Shown here piece after piece: positions 34,369 to 43,232 of a stretch of 64,000 nucleotides of DNA (within the stretch, counting starts at the first letter, position 1; the number at the start of each line of letters is the position of its first letter). The position numbers were made by a program, and so were the translations under genes. Location: contig DBDW01000009.1 in the NCBI GenBank assembly GCA_002293825.1, forward strand, positions 26,170 through 90,169, read 5' to 3'. The notes under the pieces are model-generated. The model ran no database searches, had not been told where the DNA came from, and saw only the letters and a list, made by a program, of their open reading frames with translations. This stretch comes from Candidatus Magasanikbacteria bacterium UBA922 (GTDB lineage: Bacteria; Patescibacteriota; Patescibacteriia; Magasanikbacterales; UBA922).

Positions 34369-34429
34369 GAGTTTCTCCTATCTTTGTTGATGAGCACCCT
34401 AATGAAGAACATTCTTCAAAGGGACCAAA

Positions 34430-34505
34430 CAATATACCAGTTTTAAACATTTTTGTCAAGGTAAATACCTACCACCTTGACACAGCCAAAATCCTATAGT
34501 ATAGT
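34430..34505. promoter_or_regulatory. Back-to-back sigma70-like promoters: plus strand for secE-nusG, minus strand for the metallopeptidase gene
   Basis: Plus strand: TTGACA(34477-34482)-17 nt-TATAGT(34500-34505). Minus strand: TTGACA-17 nt-TATATT from the reverse complement of 34430-34465. Same TTGTCAAG...CTTGACA inverted arrangement as at rpsB/rpmE. Confidence 0.5.
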
Positions 34506-34598
34506 TCTCTCATCAATCGGCCCCGGGCCGTTTTTAAAATACTGAATTTACGTCAGTAGCCTCAAAAACATTAACAACATCAGCTACCTTAAACCCAT

Positions 34599-34775
34599 AT
34601 GAATCTCATCACCTACGTCAAAGATTCAATTAGTGAGCTCAGAAAAGTAACCTGGCCTACAAAAAAACAAGCCATCAACTACACGATTATCGTGGTAGCG
34701 CTTGCAATCGGCATGGCACTCTTTTTTGCAATCCTAGACCAAATTCTCAATATCGGTCTTGGAAAACTTATTTAA
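34599..34775 (+). CDS. secE: Preprotein translocase subunit SecE. At 58 aa it is below the ORF-track cutoff.
   Basis: Manual translation gives MNLITYVKDSISELRKVTWPTKKQAINYTIIVVALAIGMALFFAILDQILNIGLGKLI. This shows the SecE KVxWPT motif and a single TM helix, immediately upstream of nusG. Confidence 0.7.
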   Translation: MNLITYVKDSISELRKVTWPTKKQAINYTIIVVALAIGMALFFAILDQILNIGLGKLI

Positions 34776-34808
34776 TCTTACCTTTTAAGCATTTCAAGCC
34801 TTCCTACT

Positions 34809-35354
34809 ATGGCTAAGCAACAAAGCAATCTTGGTAAACGCTGGTACGTGATCCATACGTACAGTGGATATGAGGAAAATGTAAAACACAATCTCGAACA
34901 ACGTATCGAATCATTCGATATGCAAGATAAAATCTTCCAAGTACTCGTTCCAAAAGAAAAGAAAATCAAAATCAAAAATGGTAAACGCAATGTGGTCGAA
35001 GAAAAAATCTTCCCTGGATATGTACTTGTTGAAATGATTGTAACCGATGATTCATGGTATGTAGTACGAAATACTCCAAATGTAACAGGATTTATCGGTA
35101 CCGGCACCACTCCGACCCCTATCGATGCCAAAGAAATGCTCTCACTGAACAAGCGCATGGACGTAGCAGACCCAAGTCACAAGATCGACGTAGAAGTAAA
35201 TACGCCAGTTCGTATCGTTGATGGTCCGTTCAAAAACTTCGAAGGAAAAGTAGCAGAAGTCGACAGTTCACGAGGAAAAATCAAAGTATTGGTCAACATG
35301 TTTGGTCGCGAAACCCCAGTAGAACTCGACGCACTGCAAGTGAAAAAAATCTAA
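34809..35354 (+). CDS. nusG: Transcription termination/antitermination factor NusG
   Basis: NGN domain WYVIHTYSGYE plus KOW domain GKVAEVDSSRGKIKVLV. Confidence 0.85.
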   Translation: MAKQQSNLGKRWYVIHTYSGYEENVKHNLEQRIESFDMQDKIFQVLVPKEKKIKIKNGKRNVVEEKIFPGYVLVEMIVTDDSWYVVRNTPNVTGFIGTGTTPTPIDAKEMLSLNKRMDVADPSHKIDVEVNTPVRIVDGPFKNFEGKVAEVDSSRGKIKVLVNMFGRETPVELDALQVKKI

Positions 35355-35367
35355 CACAAATCTACAG

Positions 35368-35455
35368 GCATATAATGCTTAAAAGGCATATAATGCTTAA
35401 AAGGCTTGAGAGAATAATACTTCTCCGCTTCTAAACCTTTTACGCATTTCTGCCT
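35368..35455. repeat. Tandem 18-bp direct repeat (ggcatataatgcttaaaa x2) plus degenerate copies of a recurring ~20-nt motif
   Basis: Read directly from the sequence. On the opposite strand the copies read ttttaagcattatatgcc. A related ccttttacgcatttctgcc follows at 35437-35455. Confidence 0.6.
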
Positions 35456-35496
35456 TATAAGCATCTAAATCCTTATAGGCCTTATACACTAATACT

Positions 35497-35919
35497 ATGG
35501 CAAAAAAAATCACAACCCAAATTAAACTCCAGATCGTGGGTGGCGCTGCAAACCCAGCACCTCCCGTAGGTCCAGCACTTGGACAGCACGGTCTCAATAT
35601 CCAGGACTTCTGTACAAAATTCAATGCAGCAACCCAGGACAAAAAAGGTGAAGTCGTACCAGTAATCATCAATGTATACGATGACAGAACATTTGACTTC
35701 ATCATGAAAGTAGCTCCAGCAAGTGAGCTTATCAAAAAAGTAGCAAAAATCAGTAAAGGCGCTGGCAATCCACTCAAAGAAAAAGTGGGAAAAATCACCC
35801 GAGCACAGCTCCGTGAAATTGCTGAGAAAAAAATGCCAGACCTCAATGCAAACGATATTGATGCGGCAATGAAAATCATCGAAGGAACCGCTCGTCAAAT
35901 GGGAGTAACCGTAGAATAA
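35497..35919 (+). CDS. rplK: 50S ribosomal protein L11
   Basis: [35 protein letters not shown] is the L11 signature. Confidence 0.9.
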   Translation: MAKKITTQIKLQIVGGAANPAPPVGPALGQHGLNIQDFCTKFNAATQDKKGEVVPVIINVYDDRTFDFIMKVAPASELIKKVAKISKGAGNPLKEKVGKITRAQLREIAEKKMPDLNANDIDAAMKIIEGTARQMGVTVE

Positions 35920-36028
35920 TATTTGTCACACATTCAGCCCTGTACCACTCTGGTACAGGGTTTTGTTTTAGTATCATTACTTTCTGTAGTTTGGAAAAAA
36001 TGCTATACTTCGAACATAGTTTGTTTTT

Positions 36029-37405
36029 ATGAAAAAATTATCTCTCATTCTCACACTTGCGACAGCAGTAATAACACTTCACTCCCCTATCGCACACGCC
36101 TCGACCACCTGCTCACTCCGCATCAACTCAGCATACCAATCATCGCTCAGTAGTGATATTTATTATATTACAGAAAGTTGTACAAAACAGCTTTTCAGAA
36201 GTGAAGCTGATTTTTTGACCTATTTCAAATCTACAAGCGCGATCAATCGGATTGACGACCTGACGCTACGTGTGGTGCCAAACGATGTTGAAAAATATGT
36301 TCCTGCTCGAGCCATACCCGACACCACTCCTCCAAGCACAGGAAGTGGTAGTACAGGAAATTCCACAGGATCACAGGCCAGTGGACGCTCTGAGACACTC
36401 ATACTACGTGATGGATCAGTGATCAAATCACGAAACAATGCTAGTGTGTATCTCGTGATCAACAACGTAAAATATCACATCGCAAACGGAGAAACGTTTA
36501 CTGAGTTAGGATTACGCACACAATGGATCGAAATCGTTTCAGACACCGTACTCAACTCCATACCAACAGGCTCCGTGCTCAATATGTTCCCGAATAGCAA
36601 TCTTATGAGTGAGGCAGTCCCAAACTACATGCTCTTCAAAGACAAAAACAGTGCGCATATATATCGAGTAGAACCAAGTTCACAAGATCCAAAATATCAA
36701 GTACTGAGAAAAATCACTACCGAGGCTGCATTCAAGCGACTCAATTATCGTACAGATCGATTGCCTCAGGTCACGATATATCCTTTCAAAGAAATATCAC
36801 TCATCGGAATCAATGCAAAAACCATATTCCGAGAAGGAACTGATTTTACCACAAACACTGAACTCAGTTATCGAGGCACCTTTGCAGATATCATGAAAGA
36901 AAGACAGTCTGGTACAAACACCAATAGATTCGTACGAAAAGAAGTACGAGAAAAAATATATTATGAATATCCTTCCTCATACAAAGTGGTGAGAGGATTT
37001 TCATATACACGTGCGTTTGGAAATGAATATCTCGCGGGATTTATGAAATCAAGCTCTCCCGATGATGTGCTGTATATATCAATCATGCCCCTACCACAAA
37101 AAAGCAAACCATACACCGCCTCAGAACTTCGAGATGAATTAGATACCGCACACAAAAATACAGTTGGATTTGAACAATCTGATCTTATTCGAAAAAACTG
37201 GAGCACTGAAGCTAAAACACATACCACCCTCGGTCATGTAAAAATTACCACAACAGAATTCACAAATGGAAAATTCGAAACTCGAATCACCGTGCTGTAT
37301 AAAAACAATATATTCTCAGGTCTCATCAAGACCACCAATGCACGTAAACCAGAATTTGAAGAACTATTCTACCTCGTTGCAAGCACATTCAAAAGAACAA
37401 ATTAA
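36029..37405 (+). CDS. Hypothetical secreted protein
   Basis: Clear signal peptide MKKLSLILTLATAVITLHSPIAHAST. Ser/Thr-rich linker. No known domain. Confidence 0.45.
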   Translation: MKKLSLILTLATAVITLHSPIAHASTTCSLRINSAYQSSLSSDIYYITESCTKQLFRSEADFLTYFKSTSAINRIDDLTLRVVPNDVEKYVPARAIPDTTPPSTGSGSTGNSTGSQASGRSETLILRDGSVIKSRNNASVYLVINNVKYHIANGETFTELGLRTQWIEIVSDTVLNSIPTGSVLNMFPNSNLMSEAVPNYMLFKDKNSAHIYRVEPSSQDPKYQVLRKITTEAAFKRLNYRTDRLPQVTIYPFKEISLIGINAKTIFREGTDFTTNTELSYRGTFADIMKERQSGTNTNRFVRKEVREKIYYEYPSSYKVVRGFSYTRAFGNEYLAGFMKSSSPDDVLYISIMPLPQKSKPYTASELRDELDTAHKNTVGFEQSDLIRKNWSTEAKTHTTLGHVKITTTEFTNGKFETRITVLYKNNIFSGLIKTTNARKPEFEELFYLVASTFKRTN

Positions 37406-37454
37406 AAAAGTACGACAACACCTGCATTAATATGATATACTGATCGATATAGCA

Positions 37455-38462
37455 TTGCCTGTTATGCACCATGTAATTAGACTCACGAGTATCGATCCTG
37501 AATTCCAATCAGGAATTGTCCGTTCACTCGAGTCGCACGACGTTGCTCTCTCTTCGACAACGATCGAAAATACACATATCGATTCAGACACCACCATTCT
37601 TGGTGTATTTGTCGATTCTATAGTCGACAAACGTGTGATCGATTCTATGCCCCGACTGATGCATATCGCCACATTTTCTACAGGCTTCGATCATATCGAT
37701 CTTGCATATGCAAGAAAGAAAAAGATAACGATCTCAAATGTGCCGACCTATGGAGAAAACACCGTCGCAGAACATGCGCTCGCCCTCCTTCTCGATCTTT
37801 CACGAAAAATATATCCTTCGATCAAACGAGTAAAGGAAGGTAGATATGATTATCACAATCTCCGTGGTTTTGATATCAGAGGAAAAACTATCGGAGTAGT
37901 AGGAACCGGACACATCGGCATTCATTTCATCAAACTTCTCTCAGGATTCGAAGCCCGTGTACTCGCATATGATGCATTCCCAAATCCAACATTAGAAAAA
38001 GAATACGGATTCACATACACCGCTCTCGATCGCCTACTAAAAGAATCGGATATAATTTCACTGCATGTACCACTACTTCCCTCGACCACCCATCTCATCA
38101 ATACTTCCGCAGTAAAAAAAATGAAACGAGGAACATATATTATCAATACTGCTCGAGGTGCGCTAATCGAACCTGAAGCACTTCTTAGCGGTCTACAAGA
38201 CGGCACTATCGCAGGCGCCGGACTTGATGTACTCGAAGAAGAATTAATCTTCAAAACACCGGAAAATATCATTCGTTTGAAAAACCCAAAAGAAATCAGA
38301 CATGCACTCATTGAAAATGCAATTATTGATCATCCACACACGATCATTACTCCTCATAACGCATTTAATAGTACCGAGGCACTCAATCGCATAATCGAAA
38401 CCGCGACCGAAAATATCAAAAACTTCATTGCAGGACTCCCTACCAATCTCGTACATAAATAA
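37455..38462 (+). CDS. D-isomer-specific 2-hydroxyacid dehydrogenase (NAD-binding)
   Basis: GKTIGVVGTGHIGIHFIKLL Rossmann motif and the catalytic R/E/H arrangement of the D-2-HADH family. Confidence 0.65.
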   Translation: MPVMHHVIRLTSIDPEFQSGIVRSLESHDVALSSTTIENTHIDSDTTILGVFVDSIVDKRVIDSMPRLMHIATFSTGFDHIDLAYARKKKITISNVPTYGENTVAEHALALLLDLSRKIYPSIKRVKEGRYDYHNLRGFDIRGKTIGVVGTGHIGIHFIKLLSGFEARVLAYDAFPNPTLEKEYGFTYTALDRLLKESDIISLHVPLLPSTTHLINTSAVKKMKRGTYIINTARGALIEPEALLSGLQDGTIAGAGLDVLEEELIFKTPENIIRLKNPKEIRHALIENAIIDHPHTIITPHNAFNSTEALNRIIETATENIKNFIAGLPTNLVHK

Positions 38463-38469
38463 ATACGAT

Positions 38470-39465
38470 ATGCGTGCAGAAACTCTCGGACACTCGTCAC
38501 TCGCCCATATCTATATCATCGTACTCATAAGCTCGCTCGCGATCGGACTCTTTCTCCCCACGTACGGTTCACTACTCTATCCCTTTGTCACCTACCTACT
38601 CGGTGCAATTTTCTTTTTTTCTGCACTCAAACTTCATGTGAAAGATATAATTGAGACCGCTCATGAATGGAAGACCATTGTACTCATCACCCTGCTAAAA
38701 CTAATACTCATCCCGATTGTAATCTACAGTCTCACCTCGATACTAATTCCTCATATTGCTTTTGCATTTCTACTACTCTCAGTAATGCCCACCGCCATGA
38801 CCGCGCCATTGTTTACTGCTATGGCTCACGGAAAACAAAGTCTATCGCTCGTGTTGTCGATTATTACATCTCTCATCGTACCGATCAGCGCACCATTCAT
38901 GATACGTTTTCTTGCACCAGCAAGTGTATCAATCGACATCGTAACTATGGGAATACGGATGGCACTCGTCATCGCAATCCCCATTCTAGCAGCCGAATTT
39001 ATCAAACATGCCACACCAAAAATTGGACAAAAATTGAGTACATTATCGCGCGGAGGATCTTTGACAGCACTCGGACTGTTGCTTATTGGAGTAATCTCAG
39101 TCAATGCAAAGATCATCATCGACACACTCATACAACACCCCTTTACGTATCTACTTCCTTTATGCGGACTATTTATTATCATGCACATAATGAGCTATTT
39201 TCTCTTTTCATGGCTATCGTATAAAAAACGTATCGCCGCTACAGTCTCAATTGCATACATGAATTTCACACTTGCAATCTATATCGCAACAACGTTCTTT
39301 CCAGACCCACACATTGTATTACCAATCATCATCTCTGCAATCCCCTGGAGTATCGCAATCATCCCATTTGCTGAATTTGCAGAACATCACGAACCCGAGA
39401 CTTCAAAAGCTAAAACCCTCACAAAAAGACCGAATCGAAAACGCGTCATCAAAAAACCTCAATAA
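38470..39465 (+). CDS. Polytopic membrane transporter, possibly of the bile-acid:sodium-symporter-like fold
   Basis: ORF 38428..39465. Ten or more TM helices. Only a weak resemblance to the SBF/BASS family. Confidence 0.3.
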   Translation: MRAETLGHSSLAHIYIIVLISSLAIGLFLPTYGSLLYPFVTYLLGAIFFFSALKLHVKDIIETAHEWKTIVLITLLKLILIPIVIYSLTSILIPHIAFAFLLLSVMPTAMTAPLFTAMAHGKQSLSLVLSIITSLIVPISAPFMIRFLAPASVSIDIVTMGIRMALVIAIPILAAEFIKHATPKIGQKLSTLSRGGSLTALGLLLIGVISVNAKIIIDTLIQHPFTYLLPLCGLFIIMHIMSYFLFSWLSYKKRIAATVSIAYMNFTLAIYIATTFFPDPHIVLPIIISAIPWSIAIIPFAEFAEHHEPETSKAKTLTKRPNRKRVIKKPQ

Positions 39466-39471
39466 TACACC

Positions 39472-39500
39472 TTGACAATTGTCTTAAAATAGCGTATTCT
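39472..39500 (+). promoter_or_regulatory. Sigma70-like promoter upstream of rplA
   Basis: TTGACA-17 nt-TATTCT, followed by a roughly 70-nt leader before the rplA start. Confidence 0.45.
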
Positions 39501-39571
39501 CTCCGCATTATTCACGTGGGACCTCGCCATATCATCTATGAGAGGGTTTGTACCACTAACAAGGACTATTT

Positions 39572-40255
39572 ATGTCAAAACGCATGAAAGATCTTGCAAG
39601 CAAGATCGATGCATCAAAGGCATACACGCTTGATGAAGCGCTTGCCCTAGTAAAAGAGACGTCAAATGTAAAATTCGACGCATCTGTCGAAATCCATGCT
39701 CGTCTTGGAATCGATACTAAAAAGAGTGACCAACAAATTCGCTCTACCGTCGCCCTTCCTCACGGAACTGGTAAGACCAAAAGTGTAGCAGCTTTCGTAG
39801 GACCTAACGACGAAAAAGCTGCACAAGAAGCTGGTGCCGACTTCGTCTACGGAGAAAACGAAATCAAAGGAATTCAGTCAGGAACGGTAAAAATTACTTT
39901 CGATATCGCAATTGCGACCCCTGAAATGATGCCTAAACTCGCCATCGCTGCTAAAGTTTTGGGACCAAAAGGACTGATGCCTAACCCAAAAACTGGAACC
40001 GTTGATAAAGATGTCAAAAAAATGGTAACTGACCTCAAAAAAGGTAAAGTTGCATTCAAAAATGATGACACTGGAAACGTACACGCATCAATTGGTAAAG
40101 TAAGTTTTGAGACTGCAAAACTTAAAGAAAATTTCGAAAGCTTTATCGATGCTTTGAAAAAAGTAAAACCAAATTCTGCAAAAGGTACCTACCTCAAAGC
40201 GGTATACCTCACGAGCAGTATGGGACCAAGTATCAAAGTAGAAATCGCTCAGTAA
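39572..40255 (+). CDS. rplA: 50S ribosomal protein L1
   Basis: [34 protein letters not shown] is the L1 signature. Confidence 0.9.
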   Translation: MSKRMKDLASKIDASKAYTLDEALALVKETSNVKFDASVEIHARLGIDTKKSDQQIRSTVALPHGTGKTKSVAAFVGPNDEKAAQEAGADFVYGENEIKGIQSGTVKITFDIAIATPEMMPKLAIAAKVLGPKGLMPNPKTGTVDKDVKKMVTDLKKGKVAFKNDDTGNVHASIGKVSFETAKLKENFESFIDALKKVKPNSAKGTYLKAVYLTSSMGPSIKVEIAQ

Positions 40256-40261
40256 AAAATC

Positions 40262-40292
40262 AATCAAAAAACCTGCCTATCTGGCGGGTTTT
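40262..40292 (+). terminator. Rho-independent terminator after rplA
   Basis: aaacctgcctatctggcgggtttttt. Confidence 0.55.
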
Positions 40293-40347
40293 TTATTACT
40301 TGCCCCACCCCACTCGATTTGCTACACTTCAACTATTATTTTTATCT

Positions 40348-40860
40348 TTTGGGACTATGTCTGACATCACCCAGACACACACACATCACAGACCGAGCTG
40401 GGATGAATATTTCATGGAAATTGCCCAAACCGTAGCAAAACGTGCGAGCTGCGATCGTGGACGATCGGGCTGTGTAATTGCAAAAGACAAACAAATTCTA
40501 GTAACGGGGTACGTGGGAGCAGCAGCAGGACTCCCACACTGTGATGAGGTGGGTCATCAGATGAAAACAATAACCCACGAAGACGGACGCCAGAGTCAAC
40601 ACTGTATGCGAACCACACATGCCGAACAAAATGCAATTGTACAAGCAGCACGTATCGGTGTCGCGATCAGTGGCTCAACGCTCTACTGCAAGATGACGCC
40701 CTGCGCTGCATGTGGACGTATGATTATCAATGCAGGAATCAAACGAGTTGTCTGTGAAAAAAGATACCACGCAGGAAGTGAATCAGAAGACATGTTTAAA
40801 AAAGTGGGAATTGAACTTGAGTATTTCAATGAAGAAGTAGAACACTATGCAAACCAATAA
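40348..40860 (+). CDS. Deoxycytidylate (dCMP) deaminase
   Basis: ORF 40300..40860. Zinc motifs HAEQNAI and PCAACGRMI of the CMP/dCMP deaminase family. Starts at MSDITQ. Confidence 0.7.
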   Translation, partial: FGTMSDITQTHTHHRPSWDEYFMEIAQTVAKRASCDRGRSGCVIAKDKQILVTGYVGAAAGLPHCDEVGHQMKTITHEDGRQSQHCMRTTHAEQNAIVQAARIGVAISGSTLYCKMTPCAACGRMIINAGIKRVVCEKRYHAGSESEDMFKKVGIELEYFNEEVEHYANQ

Positions 40861-41422
40861 AATCATTTTCGGATTCGTAGGAGACCTCGCCAGTGGAAAA
40901 GGAACTGCCGCAAAATATCTACAAGAAAAATACGGAGCGACCACCTACCGATTCTCGACGATGCTACGAGACATCCTCGACCGCGTATACGTACCAAAAT
41001 CGAGAGAAAATTTACAACAGCTCTCGACATTTCTTCGCGAATCATATGGACAAGATGTCATGAGCAGGGTTATCGCAGAAGATGTTGCGCGGGATAACAA
41101 CACACTCGTGATTGTCGAGGGAATCAGACGACCAAGCGATATTGAATATTTGAAAAAACTCGAAGGTTTTCATCTCGTATATTTAACGGGTGAGCCTCGC
41201 ATTAGATGGGAACGTCTCGTGGCACGAAAAGAAAATCCTGGAGACAGTGAAAAGACATTTGAAGAATTTCTAAGAGACGAACAAGCCGAGGCAGATAAGC
41301 TCATAAAAGAACTTGGAAACACAGCTCCTGACAAAATTGAAAACAATGGGGGATTCGACGAATTTTACCAAAAACTTGATACACTTGTTTCAACCTATGA
41401 ACATTACGATCAAACGAATTGA
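40847..41422 (+). CDS. P-loop nucleoside/nucleotide kinase of uncertain specificity (putative deoxynucleoside or dNMP kinase)
   Basis: P-loop GDLASGKGT. Size and layout of small NMP/dN kinases. Embedded in the thymidylate-synthesis cluster. Confidence 0.4.
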   Translation: MQTNKIIFGFVGDLASGKGTAAKYLQEKYGATTYRFSTMLRDILDRVYVPKSRENLQQLSTFLRESYGQDVMSRVIAEDVARDNNTLVIVEGIRRPSDIEYLKKLEGFHLVYLTGEPRIRWERLVARKENPGDSEKTFEEFLRDEQAEADKLIKELGNTAPDKIENNGGFDEFYQKLDTLVSTYEHYDQTN

Positions 41423-41831
41423 CCCCTCACTCCCTCTTCCTCAATATCAGACCAAGGGAGCAGTAGCCTTCGATCTCTACGCACGAATAGAGGATGTAAT
41501 CAAACCAAAAGAATTAAAACTTATTCCAACAAATCTCATCATTGAAACACCTGAAGGCTATATGCTGATGCTCGCCGCACGATCAAGTCTTGCGAAAAAA
41601 AAGGGGCTCATGATGGCAAATAGTGTAGGTATCATTGATCAAGACTATTGTGGAGATACTGATGAAATCGGACTAATGCTCTACAACTTCACCGACACCG
41701 ATGTTAGCATTGAAAAAGGTGAACGTCTCGCACAAGGAATGTTTGTAAAAATAGAGCGAGGAGAGTGGAATGAAGTTCAAGATATGAATACCAAAAATAG
41801 AGGAGGATTTGGAACAACCGGACAATTCTAA
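41397..41831 (+). CDS. dut: dUTP diphosphatase
   Basis: ORF 41313..41831. dUTPase motifs AFDL, RSSL, GIIDQDYCGD, and C-terminal RGGFGTTG. Confidence 0.8.
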   Translation: MNITIKRIDPSLPLPQYQTKGAVAFDLYARIEDVIKPKELKLIPTNLIIETPEGYMLMLAARSSLAKKKGLMMANSVGIIDQDYCGDTDEIGLMLYNFTDTDVSIEKGERLAQGMFVKIERGEWNEVQDMNTKNRGGFGTTGQF

Positions 41832-41844
41832 ACTCACAATCACT

Positions 41845-42717
41845 ATGCAAGCCTATCTCGATCTCGTGCAAAAAATCCTCAACACCGGCGTCCTCAAATC
41901 AAATCGCACCGGAGTTGATGCATACGCAATCGCAGGAGCCATGTTTGAGCACGACATGTCGACAGGCTTTCCCTTACTTACCACAAAAAAAGTTCCATTC
42001 CGACTTGTTGCAAGCGAACTTGAATTTTTTATCAATGGAATTACAGATAAACAATGGTTGCAGGAAAGAAAAAACCACATTTGGGATGAATGGGCACGAC
42101 CTAGTAAAGCCCCATACGGACACGATGAGGTAAGTAAACAACGCATGCTCGAAGAACGAGATTTGGGACCAATCTATGGATTCCAGTGGCGTCATTTCGG
42201 AGCTCCCTATGAATCATACGACACCGATTACACCGGAAAAGGGGTAGACCAATTGAAACACGTGATCGAAAAATTAAAAACAAACCCAAATGATCGTCGA
42301 ATGATTGTAATGGCATGGAACCCTAGCATGCTTTCTGATATGGGACTACCTCCCTGTCATTATGGATTCCAAATCACCGTAATTAATGGAACATTAAATT
42401 TACTCTGGAACCAACGGTCGGTTGATGTCATGCTCGGACTACCTTTCAATATTGCAAGTTACGGACTTCTTCTTCATCTTCTTGCAAAAGAAACCGGACT
42501 AACAGAAGGAAAACTCGTAGGATTCTTAGCAGATGTCCATATCTATGAAAACCATGTCGATGGTGCCAAAGAACAGCTCACGAGAGATCCTCACAAATAT
42601 GGATTACCCACAATCAAAACCGAACCATTCACCTCAATTTTTGATTGGAAGTATACCGACAGTACCATAGAAAATTATGAAAGCTACCCTACCATTAAAT
42701 TTCCTATTGCAGTATGA
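41845..42717 (+). CDS. thyA: Thymidylate synthase (ThyA type)
   Basis: ORF 41809..42717. QAYLDLVQKIL..NRTG start. Active-site LPPCHYGFQ. DRRMIVMAWNP. Confidence 0.9.
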   Translation: MQAYLDLVQKILNTGVLKSNRTGVDAYAIAGAMFEHDMSTGFPLLTTKKVPFRLVASELEFFINGITDKQWLQERKNHIWDEWARPSKAPYGHDEVSKQRMLEERDLGPIYGFQWRHFGAPYESYDTDYTGKGVDQLKHVIEKLKTNPNDRRMIVMAWNPSMLSDMGLPPCHYGFQITVINGTLNLLWNQRSVDVMLGLPFNIASYGLLLHLLAKETGLTEGKLVGFLADVHIYENHVDGAKEQLTRDPHKYGLPTIKTEPFTSIFDWKYTDSTIENYESYPTIKFPIAV

Positions 42718-43184
42718 TTGCATTGATCGCAGCAATTTCAGAAAATAACTGTATCGGAAAATCGGGTACACTACCTTGGTATATTCCCGAAGATCTAAAA
42801 CGATTCAAAAAAATTACAACAGGTCATACCGTCCTCATGGGTAGAAAAACATGGGAATCGATTCCTGAAAAATTTCGCCCACTCCCAAATCGAAAAAATA
42901 TTGTAATAACCAGAAATACGACATATCCTGTTCCTGAAGATGTACAACGCTACCATTCAGTAGAAGAAGCACTAACGCATGAAAAGGGAGACATTATGAT
43001 CATTGGTGGCGCTGAGATATATGCACAATCAATCGATCAAGCTGACACACTCTACATTACCCATGTCCGCACCTTTATTGAAGATGGTACAGCTTTTTTC
43101 CCGACGATTGATCGGACCATCTGGAAAGAAACCGAACGTGAAGAACATGAGCACATATCGTTCGTTACATACAAAAAACAATAG
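42714..43184 (+). CDS. folA: Dihydrofolate reductase
   Basis: MIALIAAISENNCIGKSGTLPWYIPEDLKRFKKITTGHTVLMGRKTWESIP is the DHFR signature. The start overlaps the thyA stop. Confidence 0.85.
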   Translation: MIALIAAISENNCIGKSGTLPWYIPEDLKRFKKITTGHTVLMGRKTWESIPEKFRPLPNRKNIVITRNTTYPVPEDVQRYHSVEEALTHEKGDIMIIGGAEIYAQSIDQADTLYITHVRTFIEDGTAFFPTIDRTIWKETEREEHEHISFVTYKKQ

Positions 43185-43232
43185 ATAATATTTCAATCTT
43201 ACCAACCTCAATTTCCTGAATAATTTCACACT

